Positions 1 to 8,800 of a stretch of DNA of 20,000 nt are shown here, one piece after another. Both the position numbers and the translations under genes were made by a program. Where the stretch lies: IMG/VR virus record IMGVR_UViG_3300028797_000012; one strand, given 5' to 3'. The notes under the pieces were generated by a model, which searched no databases, was not told where the DNA came from, and saw only the letters and a list, made by a program, of their open reading frames with translations. The DNA comes from an uncultured virus (IMG/VR IMGVR_UViG_3300028797_000012) (Duplodnaviria > Heunggongvirae > Uroviricota > Caudoviricetes). Position 1 is the first letter of the stretch. Each line of letters starts with the position of its first letter.

Positions 1-2
1 AT

Positions 3-3000
3 ACCATTGCGGAGCACACCTGTAACGGCTCGGGATACAACCCGAATTGGGTCGTGTACTCAGTCAATGCGGTGAATGCAGCTGGCACCGGCCTCTCCAA
101 GTCCGGTTTCACCCTCAACCACTCCAACAGCGTCACGGCCGGCACGGCGGGAACCAGCTCCGCCACGAGCGGGACGAACACGCTGGCGGTCCCGTACGTC
201 ACCTACGACGCGCAGGGGCATGTCACGGCTTCTGGTACGCATACGCATACTATCGGCAATGCTTCCACGTCCGCATACGGTGTGACCAAGCTCAGCTCCG
301 CGACGGATTCCACGTCCGAGGCATTGGCTGCGACGCCGAAGGCCGTGTCCGACTCGCTAGCGGCGGCCAAGACGTATGCGGATGGCAAGAACAACCAAAA
401 CGCCTTCTCGAACGTCAAGGTTGGCTCCACGACTGTCGCGGCTGATACTACGACAGACACACTGGAGCTTGCTGGCAGCAACGTCACGCTGACCCCTGAT
501 GCCACGAACGACAAGGTCACAATCGGCATCACGGCGAGCAATGTGACGACCGCGCTTGGTAACACGGCGGTTGCGAGGGCGACTGCCGATGCGAGCGGGA
601 ACACGATATCGAGCACTTATCTCACGAAGTCCGGCGGTACGATGACGGGAACACTCACGCTCGTGGATTCCCGCTACTCAGACGACAACGCAACGTGCGC
701 GCTTGACGTGCAAAACTCGAACATCATCGGTGTGAACAGCATCTACACAGCCGATGCTAGCGATAATGCGAAAGAAGGTATCCACTTCTACCGTGACTCG
801 ACTCATTTCGACTCAATTCACGCGAGCAACGGAGAGCTTTACTTCACGCCGAATCGCGCCCTTGGCGATGCCGGGTCTTCCAAGAAAGTTCTTCGCGAAG
901 ATACGCTTGTTATCGGTGGTAAGAATCTCTTACCGATCTCAACGTGGAAAACCGCAAGCACGTGGGGATATTCAAACGTTACGCCTACTTCTTTCACGGA
1001 TAGCACAGCGCCAACTATTGAATGTGTGCGATTTGCAGTGACAAACGTCTCTAATAATGTCCACGCATACCTTGATAATTTGCCAAACAAAGTAGCAATG
1101 GTTAACGGAGAAGTATATGTAGCCTCCGCTTGGATAAGAGCTGGACAATCGTTTTCTGTTGATCCGGCCATGAACGTCGAATGCAAATCGGGTTCATTGA
1201 CTGTTCTCGAAAATCCGACAATTTCAACGAATTGGCAGAGGTACAGCGTTCGCTTCACGTACAGCAGCTCAGCATCTTATAAAGCTTGGTATATTCTCTA
1301 TCCGAAACAATGGACGGATGCGTCGAATGGAAATTACGTCGAGGTGTCTGGCCTCAAGGTCGAGAAGGCAACCTTTGCCACTGACCCCAATGAAACAGCA
1401 AACAGAGCTCTTTCGGTTATCGACGCCAACAACAAAACAAACGCGATAACCATCGAGTACAGCAGCTCCGGCATATCGTCAGCCCAATGGTTCCCAGCGT
1501 TCGATGGTTACGCCATAAAGCCGATGAGTGACCTCAATATGAGGCGCAATTTGCTCAACGCGAGAACATATACGAGCATAGCGGCATCAACAGATCTTAA
1601 TACTCTTACGACACCCGGATATTACAGATGTATCACCAGTACCGCGGCAGCTTCTTGTAATAATTGTCCTGTTGACACGTGGTTTGTTATGACCGTGTAT
1701 TATGCCGATGGTAGCGGTAGTGCATCGTGGGTCGCACAGGAAATAATTCGCGGTAGCGATGGTCGACGATTCTATCGTCAGACAGGAGGCGGCACGTGGA
1801 CCAGCTGGGTGGACCATTCCCAAGCATCTAAACTTGCAACAGCTCGTACCATCAACGTAAGCAACTACGCCTCGGGCACTGCCACGTCGTTCGACGGCTC
1901 GGCCAACATCACGATACCCGTGAACTCGCTGAACACGAGCGCCCTCGTCGAGCCGAGCATCGTCAAGTCGGGTTCTAAAACCTCGCTTCCTTTGGTCGAT
2001 ACGCTCAAGGGCAACAAGCTCGCATTGCTCCCCGCCGATCAGATCATCATCGAGAAGACCACCGATGGCGGCACCACATGGGTCGACTACGGGGCTACGG
2101 ACGAACAGAAGCGGTTGCTGTTCGTAGGAAATCTTTCTGGCTCGAACATAACCATTCCGCTCCTCAATGGCGTGAGAAACGTCAACTGCGGAGTGCGCAT
2201 CACCTTCACCGCCATGAAGTACAACGTTCCGGACGGTACTGCCGAGACCGGCAAGTACGCGTATTGGAACTCGACGTATGCCAGCGCTACAGAGCGCTAT
2301 GGCTCCTTGCAGTCGATGTACTTGTGGGTCCTCTCTATCAACGACGGGATCTCGTGCAAGTGCGAGAAAGCGAACGGCAACGCGTCCACGACATGGACCA
2401 CGGTGTTCAACAAGGATACGACGGAAGCTCTGACCGGTTGGAGCGGAGGCAACTACATTGCCTTCACCGACCAGATTTTCGGTGGAGGAACGACCCAGAC
2501 CAGTCAAGCATGGAATTGGCGCCTCACGTTCTTCACCAGGAGCAGCACCGGAGGCACGACTCTTGCCACTACCAGCACGAACCAAGCCCAGCTAATCATG
2601 CGCATTCTCGGGTACGGCGCCAATGCATGGAACACGTCTGGCAACAATCTCATGGGAATCGGGCACCTGTACACATGGGACACGAACAAAACCGCATATT
2701 TCCCAAGCGGTATATACCCTGCCGCCAACAATGCTCAGAGCCTCGGTACTTCTTCGCAAAAGTGGGCCAACGTCTATGCCGACAAATTCGTCGGCGGGCT
2801 GGTTCCCATAACGAATCGCCCGTCATCTGCGAACACGACGGGCTACGCAGCCAAGCTCAACTACCTTCTCGCCACATCGTCAATGTCGACGGGAAAACCC
2901 GATGGCGATGGCCATATCCTCGACATGGAGTGGGACAACAACGGCAAATGGCACGCACAGCTCTCGGTGCCGACCGACGGCACAAAGCAGGTTCAATGGC

Positions 3001-4046
3001 GATCCGAGAACGGCGGCACGTGGACCTCGTGGAACAAGATATTCGACGACGCCCACACGGTACCGATAGCCAACGGCGGCACCGGTGCGACTACAGCGGC
3101 AGACGCCTGGACAGCCCTCGGCGGAGGAGCCATCGGCAAGAAGGCATCTCTCGCAGCCTCGGATATTCCGAACCTGTCCACGGACAAGCTCACGAGCGGC
3201 ACCCTTGGGGTGGCAAGGGGCGGCACCGGCAAGACCTCGGGCGTCGACGCCGCGAACTACTTCCTCAACGCCCTTACCACCGGCTCCTCCGACCCGGTCG
3301 ACAACGACTACTACATCTCGCAGTACGTCAACGGCGGCACGACCACCACGACGTACCATCGCCGCCCGGTGAGCAAGCTGTGGAACTACATGAAGTCCAA
3401 GATTAGCTCCTGGATGAAGAACAACACGTCCAAGGGCACGCTCGGCTGGACATCGTCGACCAACGACACGATGCCCATCACGAGCAACACGCTGGCCTAC
3501 TGGGACGGCTCTTACACAGGTAACTCGTCCAACCTCACGTACTGCGTGAAAGGTGCATTCGGCACGATGGCGACGAAGAACTCCCTCGCCGCATCCGACA
3601 TCCCAGACCATTCGTCCACGGCGACCTCCTGGGGCACAGGCACCGACTCCAAGTACGGCCACGTCAAGCTGTCGGACTCCACGAGCTCGGACTCGGATAC
3701 CACGTCCGGGACCGCCGCGACGCCCAAGGCGGTCAAGGCCGCCTACAATCTGGCGAACACGGCGAACGGCACGGCGAACAGCGCTCTCAGCGCGGCTCAG
3801 GGCGGCATCGTGTTCGACACGACCTACAGCATCGCCAGCAACGGCACGGTCACCTTCACGGCCCATGTCTACAGCTGCGGCTCGGAGGTCACGTCGAGTT
3901 ACGCCGACGCCGACTTCTCGTGGTACTACCGCCTGGGGACGGGCACCAGCACGGTGGACCTCGGCACGGGCAAGACCAAGGCCATCCAACTAACGACGCT
4001 CGGGTACGGCGGCTCCGTCGGCTGCACGTTCACGGACAACAACTAA
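3..4046 (+). CDS. Large mosaic phage tail fibre / receptor-binding protein, 5'-truncated by the window edge
   Basis: The frame is open from nt 3 (TIAEHTCNGSGYNPNWVV precedes the ORF-track start at 54). The protein is Thr/Ser/Gly-rich, with two phage tail-fibre repeats (ASTSAYGVTKLSSATDSTSEALAATPKAV near 260-350; KYGHVKLSDSTSSDSDTTSGTAATPKAVKAAY near 3650-3750). It also has a CBM4-like beta-sandwich segment (GGKNLL...ISTNWQRYSVRFT...LKVEKA), a knob-like segment (DLNTLTTPGYY...WTSW) and xxxGGTGxT repeats. It lies upstream of the lysis genes. Confidence 0.88.
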   Translation, partial: TIAEHTCNGSGYNPNWVVYSVNAVNAAGTGLSKSGFTLNHSNSVTAGTAGTSSATSGTNTLAVPYVTYDAQGHVTASGTHTHTIGNASTSAYGVTKLSSATDSTSEALAATPKAVSDSLAAAKTYADGKNNQNAFSNVKVGSTTVAADTTTDTLELAGSNVTLTPDATNDKVTIGITASNVTTALGNTAVARATADASGNTISSTYLTKSGGTMTGTLTLVDSRYSDDNATCALDVQNSNIIGVNSIYTADASDNAKEGIHFYRDSTHFDSIHASNGELYFTPNRALGDAGSSKKVLREDTLVIGGKNLLPISTWKTASTWGYSNVTPTSFTDSTAPTIECVRFAVTNVSNNVHAYLDNLPNKVAMVNGEVYVASAWIRAGQSFSVDPAMNVECKSGSLTVLENPTISTNWQRYSVRFTYSSSASYKAWYILYPKQWTDASNGNYVEVSGLKVEKATFATDPNETANRALSVIDANNKTNAITIEYSSSGISSAQWFPAFDGYAIKPMSDLNMRRNLLNARTYTSIAASTDLNTLTTPGYYRCITSTAAASCNNCPVDTWFVMTVYYADGSGSASWVAQEIIRGSDGRRFYRQTGGGTWTSWVDHSQASKLATARTINVSNYASGTATSFDGSANITIPVNSLNTSALVEPSIVKSGSKTSLPLVDTLKGNKLALLPADQIIIEKTTDGGTTWVDYGATDEQKRLLFVGNLSGSNITIPLLNGVRNVNCGVRITFTAMKYNVPDGTAETGKYAYWNSTYASATERYGSLQSMYLWVLSINDGISCKCEKANGNASTTWTTVFNKDTTEALTGWSGGNYIAFTDQIFGGGTTQTSQAWNWRLTFFTRSSTGGTTLATTSTNQAQLIMRILGYGANAWNTSGNNLMGIGHLYTWDTNKTAYFPSGIYPAANNAQSLGTSSQKWANVYADKFVGGLVPITNRPSSANTTGYAAKLNYLLATSSMSTGKPDGDGHILDMEWDNNGKWHAQLSVPTDGTKQVQWRSENGGTWTSWNKIFDDAHTVPIANGGTGATTAADAWTALGGGAIGKKASLAASDIPNLSTDKLTSGTLGVARGGTGKTSGVDAANYFLNALTTGSSDPVDNDYYISQYVNGGTTTTTYHRRPVSKLWNYMKSKISSWMKNNTSKGTLGWTSSTNDTMPITSNTLAYWDGSYTGNSSNLTYCVKGAFGTMATKNSLAASDIPDHSSTATSWGTGTDSKYGHVKLSDSTSSDSDTTSGTAATPKAVKAAYNLANTANGTANSALSAAQGGIVFDTTYSIASNGTVTFTAHVYSCGSEVTSSYADADFSWYYRLGTGTSTVDLGTGKTKAIQLTTLGYGGSVGCTFTDNN

Positions 4047-4055
4047 GGAGCGCAT

Positions 4056-5429
4056 ATGACGACATACACCAAGGAGACCGCCCTCTACAACACGAACGCC
4101 ATTGCGAACGACATCGACGATGCCGAGAACGCCTACAAGACCGTCATCACCGAGGTGGGTACGAGTGGCATCCAGCTCCACCCGAGCGGGCAAGACGGCA
4201 GTCCAGAGCATCCGATCGAGGACTACACGCTGATCGACAACAACGGCATGGAGGTGTTCGACGGCGGCACGAGCGTTGCCGCCTTTGGAGGAAATGGCAT
4301 ACGCGTGGGGCAAAACGATTCGTCTAGCAACCGTATAATCATAGACGACGACAGTTTCGACGTCTATCATGGAATCATGCAGATTGCCCATTTCGGTTAC
4401 GGTGAGGGAAACAACGGCAACAACGGCGTTTCCTCTGCTCCGTATTATTCAATGGGGAATCGGCTGTATCCAACTAATACGTTCAGCACTAGCAGTACGT
4501 ACGGCGAACATGTTGTCACGTTGTACAACGGCGAGCCCTATATTTCAAAGAGGGCAATAACGTCGCCCGGTGCTTGGAATCCTAGTGACTGGGATAAGTT
4601 ATATGGAAACTATTCGTTTGCTGAAGGTTCTGGCAATGTGGCATCGGGTAGCAATTCACATGCCGAAGGTTCGCTTACGAAGGCTCTTTACCTTGCAGCA
4701 CATGCGGAGGGCGCTTATTGCACGGCTGATGATTACGGTGCCCACGCGGAAGGAGTATATAGCAAGGCCCTAGGACATAGCTCTCATGCCGAGGGAAACT
4801 ACGCGCTTGCAAGAGGAAGTGCTTCTCATGCTGGTGGATATTTGACGACTGCGGCATATGACTACCAAACTGTTATAGGTTGTTGCAACGACAACAAGAG
4901 CACGAACTTGTTCGAGATAGGCAACGGTGACGAAGGAGATGACGTTTACTCCAACGCGCTCGAACTCGACTGGAGCGGCAACCTGGAGATAGCAGGCGGG
5001 CTTACGGCAGGTAACGACTGCGCCATCGACGGCGACCTGGATATCTCAGGGGCGTTCAACGGCTTCGACATGACTGCGGTCTCCAAGACAACTTACAGCG
5101 GGTCGAGCGGGGCCACGGCGATCAGCCAGGTGTTCGAAACCGTCAACACAGGTTTCAGCATATCCACCGTGTACGTTGCCAAATGGGGGCCGATGTGCAC
5201 CATCCAGATAGAGTTCGCACGCACGAGCGGCGCCATAAACTCAACTAACACGTTCGAGATTGGGAAACTCGCGACCGGTTTCAGGCCTGCCTACTTCGTC
5301 GGTGGCGGGAACAACTCGTTCGCCGCCTGCATCAGCAGCGCCGGGACGTTTGCGGCCAGGAATGTGTCGCCGAGCAACGTCGCCGCCAACACCACAGTGC
5401 GAGTCGGCTTCACATACATCCTCGGCTAA
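4056..5429 (+). CDS. Second tail fibre/adhesin with YadA-head-like (S/A)HAEG repeats
   Basis: SD AAGGAG before the ATG. Repeats with roughly 14-aa spacing (SFAEG, SHAEG, AHAEG, AHAEG, SHAEG, SHAGG) are followed by QTVIG..N...LFEIGNG...NALELDWSGNLEIAG, a pattern typical of trimeric beta-roll tail proteins. The C-terminal domain resembles a receptor-binding head (IGKLATGFRP). Confidence 0.75.
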   Translation: MTTYTKETALYNTNAIANDIDDAENAYKTVITEVGTSGIQLHPSGQDGSPEHPIEDYTLIDNNGMEVFDGGTSVAAFGGNGIRVGQNDSSSNRIIIDDDSFDVYHGIMQIAHFGYGEGNNGNNGVSSAPYYSMGNRLYPTNTFSTSSTYGEHVVTLYNGEPYISKRAITSPGAWNPSDWDKLYGNYSFAEGSGNVASGSNSHAEGSLTKALYLAAHAEGAYCTADDYGAHAEGVYSKALGHSSHAEGNYALARGSASHAGGYLTTAAYDYQTVIGCCNDNKSTNLFEIGNGDEGDDVYSNALELDWSGNLEIAGGLTAGNDCAIDGDLDISGAFNGFDMTAVSKTTYSGSSGATAISQVFETVNTGFSISTVYVAKWGPMCTIQIEFARTSGAINSTNTFEIGKLATGFRPAYFVGGGNNSFAACISSAGTFAARNVSPSNVAANTTVRVGFTYILG

Positions 5430-5443
5430 CAAGGAGGTAACAC

Positions 5444-6487
5444 ATGATAATCAGGGACGTCCTCATCGACGGCTCCGTGTACGGGGCCCACGAGGTGGTT
5501 TCCATCAAGCACGTGGTCGGCAGGCGCACGTCCATCACCGTCCGGTCCAGCAAGTCGAACCCGCGTTACGGCCCGTCTGCCTACGTGGAGAAGACCCACG
5601 ACGTGGACCTCGACGACACGCTGACGTTCTCGGGCGCCGAGGAGCTCGTGTCGGCCATGGACGGATATTCCGAGTACGTCGACCCGGAGACCGCGCTCCT
5701 GACGGAGCTGGCCCCGACGCTCACGGACGAGCAGGCCGCCACGGTCCTGTCCATCTACCCCGAATGGTCGGCCGATGGCTCCTACTCGGCGGACGACCGC
5801 GTCAGGTATTCGGACGGCTTCTACAGGTGCCTCCAGGCGCATGACGCGCAGGAGAGTTGGAACCCGGCTGCGTCGGCCAGCCTCTGGTCCGCCATCATCG
5901 ACGCGACCGTGCTGCCCATCGGCGAGTACCCGCTGTGGCAGCAGCCGTCCTCCACGAACCCCTACATGGAGGGTGACAAGGTCACGTTCAACGGCAGCGT
6001 CTGGACCTCCGTGATCGACAACAACGTCTGGGCTCCCGGCGTGTTCGGCTGGGAGATGGACGCGCAGGCCATGCAGCTGGCGGACCTGGTCGAACCCTGG
6101 GCGCAGCCGGATTCCACGAACCCGTATCCCGCGGGGGCCCTCGTGAGCCACAGCGGCGGCATCTGGAGCTCCGACGTGGACGGCAACGTGTGGGAGCCAG
6201 GCGTGTACGGCTGGACCTGGGTCTCCGACATGGAGATGCAGGAGCCCGTCGTGGTGCCGGACGAGCCGACGGAACCGGAACCGAGCGAGCCGGAGCCTTC
6301 CGAGCCGACGGAACCGGAACCCTCCGAGCCGGAGGTGGACGAGTGGACGCAGCCCGACAGCACCAACCCGTACATGGCCGGTGACAAGGTCGTCCACAAC
6401 GGCAGCGTTTGGGCGTCGCTCGTCGACAACAACGTTTGGGAACCCGGGACGGTAGGAACCGAGGCGCTCTGGCAGGAGGTCGCGTAA
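5444..6487 (+). CDS. Carbohydrate-binding (CBM5/12-like, ChtBD3-type) repeat protein, probably virion-associated
   Basis: Strong SD AAGGAGGT. One WxxxxxYxxxDRVRY..YRCLQAH..WNP..SLW module, three W-x-QP-x-STNPY-xx-G-xx-V-xx-xG-xx-W-xS-xx-D-xNVW-xPG modules and a Pro/Glu linker. Confidence 0.8.
   Translation: MIIRDVLIDGSVYGAHEVVSIKHVVGRRTSITVRSSKSNPRYGPSAYVEKTHDVDLDDTLTFSGAEELVSAMDGYSEYVDPETALLTELAPTLTDEQAATVLSIYPEWSADGSYSADDRVRYSDGFYRCLQAHDAQESWNPAASASLWSAIIDATVLPIGEYPLWQQPSSTNPYMEGDKVTFNGSVWTSVIDNNVWAPGVFGWEMDAQAMQLADLVEPWAQPDSTNPYPAGALVSHSGGIWSSDVDGNVWEPGVYGWTWVSDMEMQEPVVVPDEPTEPEPSEPEPSEPTEPEPSEPEVDEWTQPDSTNPYMAGDKVVHNGSVWASLVDNNVWEPGTVGTEALWQEVA
6263..6334 (+). repeat. Coding tandem repeat encoding the EPTEPEPSEPEPSEPTEPEPSEPE linker
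   Basis: GAGCCGACGGAACCGGAACC occurs at 6263 and 6302, interspersed with shorter GAGCCG units. Confidence 0.85.
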
Positions 6488-6888
6488 TGGACTCACATCT
6501 TCAGTACCTCACGTTCGACGAGGTGGGGATCACCATCATAGGCATAGCGGTGGCGCTCGCGTTCGTCAGCCTCGTGCTGCACGCGGTCAAGGACATAGAC
6601 GACTTCATGCAGTCGCGGAAGAAGCCGACGAACGACCGCTTCGGAGTGACCGAGGAGAAGCTGGAGAACCACGAGCAGCGCATCACGCACCTTGAGGGCT
6701 GCTGCTCCGAGGTCCAGGGCAAGCTCCAGAACGACTGGCAGTTCCAACAGGACGAGACCGAGATGAACCGCCTGATGCTCAAGTCCATCAAGCAGCTGCT
6801 CAAGCACTCGATAGACGGGAACGACACGCAGGGTTTGAAGTGCATGGAAGACGAGATAGACAGCTACCTCCTGGACCACGCGCAGTAA
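6487..6888 (+). CDS. Single-TM membrane protein with coiled-coil (lysis-cassette accessory, holin-like)
   Basis: The ATG at 6487 overlaps the upstream TAA (TAATG) and follows SD AGGAGGT. N-terminal TM (VGITIIGIAVALAFVSLVL), then LENHEQRITHLE coiled-coil and C-terminal ...LKCMEDEIDSYL. Sits immediately before the holin. Confidence 0.75.
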   Translation: MDSHLQYLTFDEVGITIIGIAVALAFVSLVLHAVKDIDDFMQSRKKPTNDRFGVTEEKLENHEQRITHLEGCCSEVQGKLQNDWQFQQDETEMNRLMLKSIKQLLKHSIDGNDTQGLKCMEDEIDSYLLDHAQ

Positions 6889-6898
6889 GGAGAGAAAA

Positions 6899-7174
6899 AT
6901 GATCAACTGGAAAGTACGCCTCAAGAACAAGATGTTCTGGCTCGGCCTCGTGCCGCTCGTCCTGCTGCTAATCCAGCAGGTTGCGGCGATCTTCGACATC
7001 GCCCTCGACTTCGGCATGCTGCAAGAGCAGCTCATCGCCATAATCGGTACGGTGTTCGCGCTGCTGGCACTGTGCGGGGTGGTGGTGGACCCGACGACCG
7101 AGGGGTTCGGCGATTCCGAGCGTGCTTTGGGATACGAAGAACCCTACCCGAAACACGCCGCAGGAGCTGAATGA
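6899..7174 (+). CDS. Holin, phi LC3 family
   Basis: MINWKVRLKNKMFWLGLVP...GVVVDPTTEGFGDSERALGYEEP matches the phi LC3 holin signature; two hydrophobic segments; SD AAGGAG. Confidence 0.93.
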   Translation: MINWKVRLKNKMFWLGLVPLVLLLIQQVAAIFDIALDFGMLQEQLIAIIGTVFALLALCGVVVDPTTEGFGDSERALGYEEPYPKHAAGAE

Positions 7175-7272
7175 TGTTCGCCGCGATGCAGGCGTCCATG
7201 ACCGTCCTGGCTATCGCCGTGGCGGTCATGACCGTCACCATCATGGTCGACATCTGGATGAAATGGAGGTAG
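7171..7272 (+). CDS. 33-aa single-TM microprotein (not in ORF track)
   Basis: SD AGGAG at 7162-7166 and ATGA overlap with the holin stop. Translation MMFAAMQASMTVLAIAVAVMTVTIMVDIWMKWR*, with GC3-rich codons like its neighbours; it fills the holin-endolysin gap. Confidence 0.7.
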   Translation: MMFAAMQASMTVLAIAVAVMTVTIMVDIWMKWR

Positions 7273-7276
7273 TAAC

Positions 7277-8719
7277 ATGGCGGTCAGCAAGGGCCAAATC
7301 GCCGCTGACATCCACCGCCGCATGGTCGAGGACGAGCGCTTCGGGTACTCCTGGGAGGAGCGCTGGGGCTCGAAGGACGAGAAGTGGACCGTCGACGGCG
7401 TGTCGTTCACGATGAGCGTCGGCGACTACGACTGCTCGTCGAGCTCCATCACCGCATGGAAGAAGGCGCTCACGGGCACCAAGTACGCGAGGGTGCTCGA
7501 CGGGGCGTCGTACACCGGCAACATGCGCGAGGTCTTCGTAAGGTCCGGCCTGTTCGAGTGGAAGCCCATCAGCTTCATAGCAAGCCCCGGCGACCTCTAC
7601 CTCAGCGAATCCAACCACGTGGCGATCTGCCAGCGCCAAGTGCCAGACGAGCTTTCAGAGTTCAGCTGGGGAGACAACGGCGCGTACGGCAACAGGCGCG
7701 GCGACCAGAGCGGCTTCGAGTCGCGGGTGAACCCGTACTACGACTACGAGCCCGATGGCTGGGACGGCATCCTGCACTACAACGGCAAGGCGGACGAGAA
7801 GTCCACCTCCTCGAAGGGGTCCACCTCACACAACACCGCCGAGAAGCGGCTCTACGGCATCGACGTGTCGAGCAACCAGCCGGAGCGCGTCGTCTCGATG
7901 GTGCCGAACGACTTCGCCATCGTGAAGATGTCGGGCAACCCGCCGGAGGACTGGCAGGGGAGGAAGCTGTCGTGGAACTTCGTCAACCCGTTCGCGAAGC
8001 AGCAGGCCGCCGATGCCGTCAAGAAGCACGGCCTGCTCGGGTTCTACCACTTCACGTACGGCATCCAGGCCGCGACCGAGGCGGAGTTCTTCGTCGAGCA
8101 GGTGAGGAAGCTCGGGTACCTCGGCAAGGCGATGCTCGTCATCGACTACGAGGACGCAGCGCTGTCAAGGGGTCAGACCTGGGTTAATGCGTTCGCCAAG
8201 AAGGTCGAGCAGCTCGCCGGTTACAAGCCCGTCATCTACGCGCAGGGGTCGGCGGTCACGGGCCAGAACCTCTTCAGCCTTGGGTACCCGGTCTGGTGCG
8301 CCAACTACAGCAGGGGCTATCAGCCGATATACGGGTACGACACGTCGGGTTGTACCATCTGGCGCGGCTGCGAGAAGTCTGCCATGTGGCAGTACACCTC
8401 CGAGGGCTACCTCAACGGCTACGGCGGCGCCCTGGACTGCAACGTGTTCTTCGGGACGGCCGACGACTTCAGGGCGCTCATGGGGCCGAAGGCCCACAGC
8501 CACAGGTACCGCATCGTCAAGGCCGTGTACGCGCGCACCCAGCGCAAGATGGGCCGCAAGTACATCGTGGGCCAGCTCAAGAAGGGCGAGGTCGTGGAGC
8601 TGTCCATGGTCAAGAAGGCCGACGACGGCATCACCTGGGCGCACATCTGCGACGGCAAGTTCGAGGGCAACGTGCTGGCGGTGGACTTCCGCGGCGACGT
8701 GAGGGCCAAGCGAATGTGA
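7277..8719 (+). CDS. Endolysin: N-terminal Cys/His peptidase (NlpC/P60-like) + GH25 muramidase + C-terminal SH3b-like cell-wall-binding domain
   Basis: GYSW..RWG...DYDCSS...YTGNM...PGDLYL...HVAI (Cys-His peptidase). YGIDVSSNQ...GFYHF...LVIDYED...WQYTS...LDCNVF (GH25). C-terminal IVGQLKKGEVV...DGITWAHI (SH3b-like). Follows the holin. Confidence 0.92.
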   Translation: MAVSKGQIAADIHRRMVEDERFGYSWEERWGSKDEKWTVDGVSFTMSVGDYDCSSSSITAWKKALTGTKYARVLDGASYTGNMREVFVRSGLFEWKPISFIASPGDLYLSESNHVAICQRQVPDELSEFSWGDNGAYGNRRGDQSGFESRVNPYYDYEPDGWDGILHYNGKADEKSTSSKGSTSHNTAEKRLYGIDVSSNQPERVVSMVPNDFAIVKMSGNPPEDWQGRKLSWNFVNPFAKQQAADAVKKHGLLGFYHFTYGIQAATEAEFFVEQVRKLGYLGKAMLVIDYEDAALSRGQTWVNAFAKKVEQLAGYKPVIYAQGSAVTGQNLFSLGYPVWCANYSRGYQPIYGYDTSGCTIWRGCEKSAMWQYTSEGYLNGYGGALDCNVFFGTADDFRALMGPKAHSHRYRIVKAVYARTQRKMGRKYIVGQLKKGEVVELSMVKKADDGITWAHICDGKFEGNVLAVDFRGDVRAKRM

Positions 8720-8725
8720 TACAAT
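8717..8725 (+). promoter_or_regulatory. Extended -10 promoter (TG-A-TACAAT) for the accessory island
   Basis: TGATACAAT overlaps the endolysin stop codon and matches TGnTATAAT with one mismatch. Confidence 0.55.
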
Positions 8726-8751
8726 GCCACGTGCGGCAAGCATTCGTCTTC

Positions 8752-8800
8752 GAGGAGGTGCGTCATGTCATAGCAGCCTAGAGATTGGAGAGCTATGACA
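8752..8800 (+). promoter_or_regulatory. Leader with strong SD, Met-Ser-amber minigene and hairpin occluding the downstream ATG
   Basis: GAGGAGGTG, then ATG TCA TAG (8765-8773) in frame with ATG 8795. TGTCATAGC (8766-8774) is the exact reverse complement of GCTATGACA (8792-8800). Confidence 0.6.

Noticed and set aside
3..6487. Diversity-generating retroelement or invertible shufflon acting on tail genes
   Set aside because: No reverse transcriptase, no adenine-specific TR/VR repeat pair, no invertase and no inverted cassettes seen in this window.
1587..8743. Long alternative-frame and antisense ORFs (e.g. 1587-2585 -, 2078-3406 +, 2880-3989 -, 5426-6496 -, 7384-8187 +, 8165-8743 -)
   Set aside because: Shadow ORFs expected from high GC3 codon bias. 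They give Arg/Gly/Pro-rich or Val/Asp-patterned translations with no motifs and fully overlap well-supported genes.
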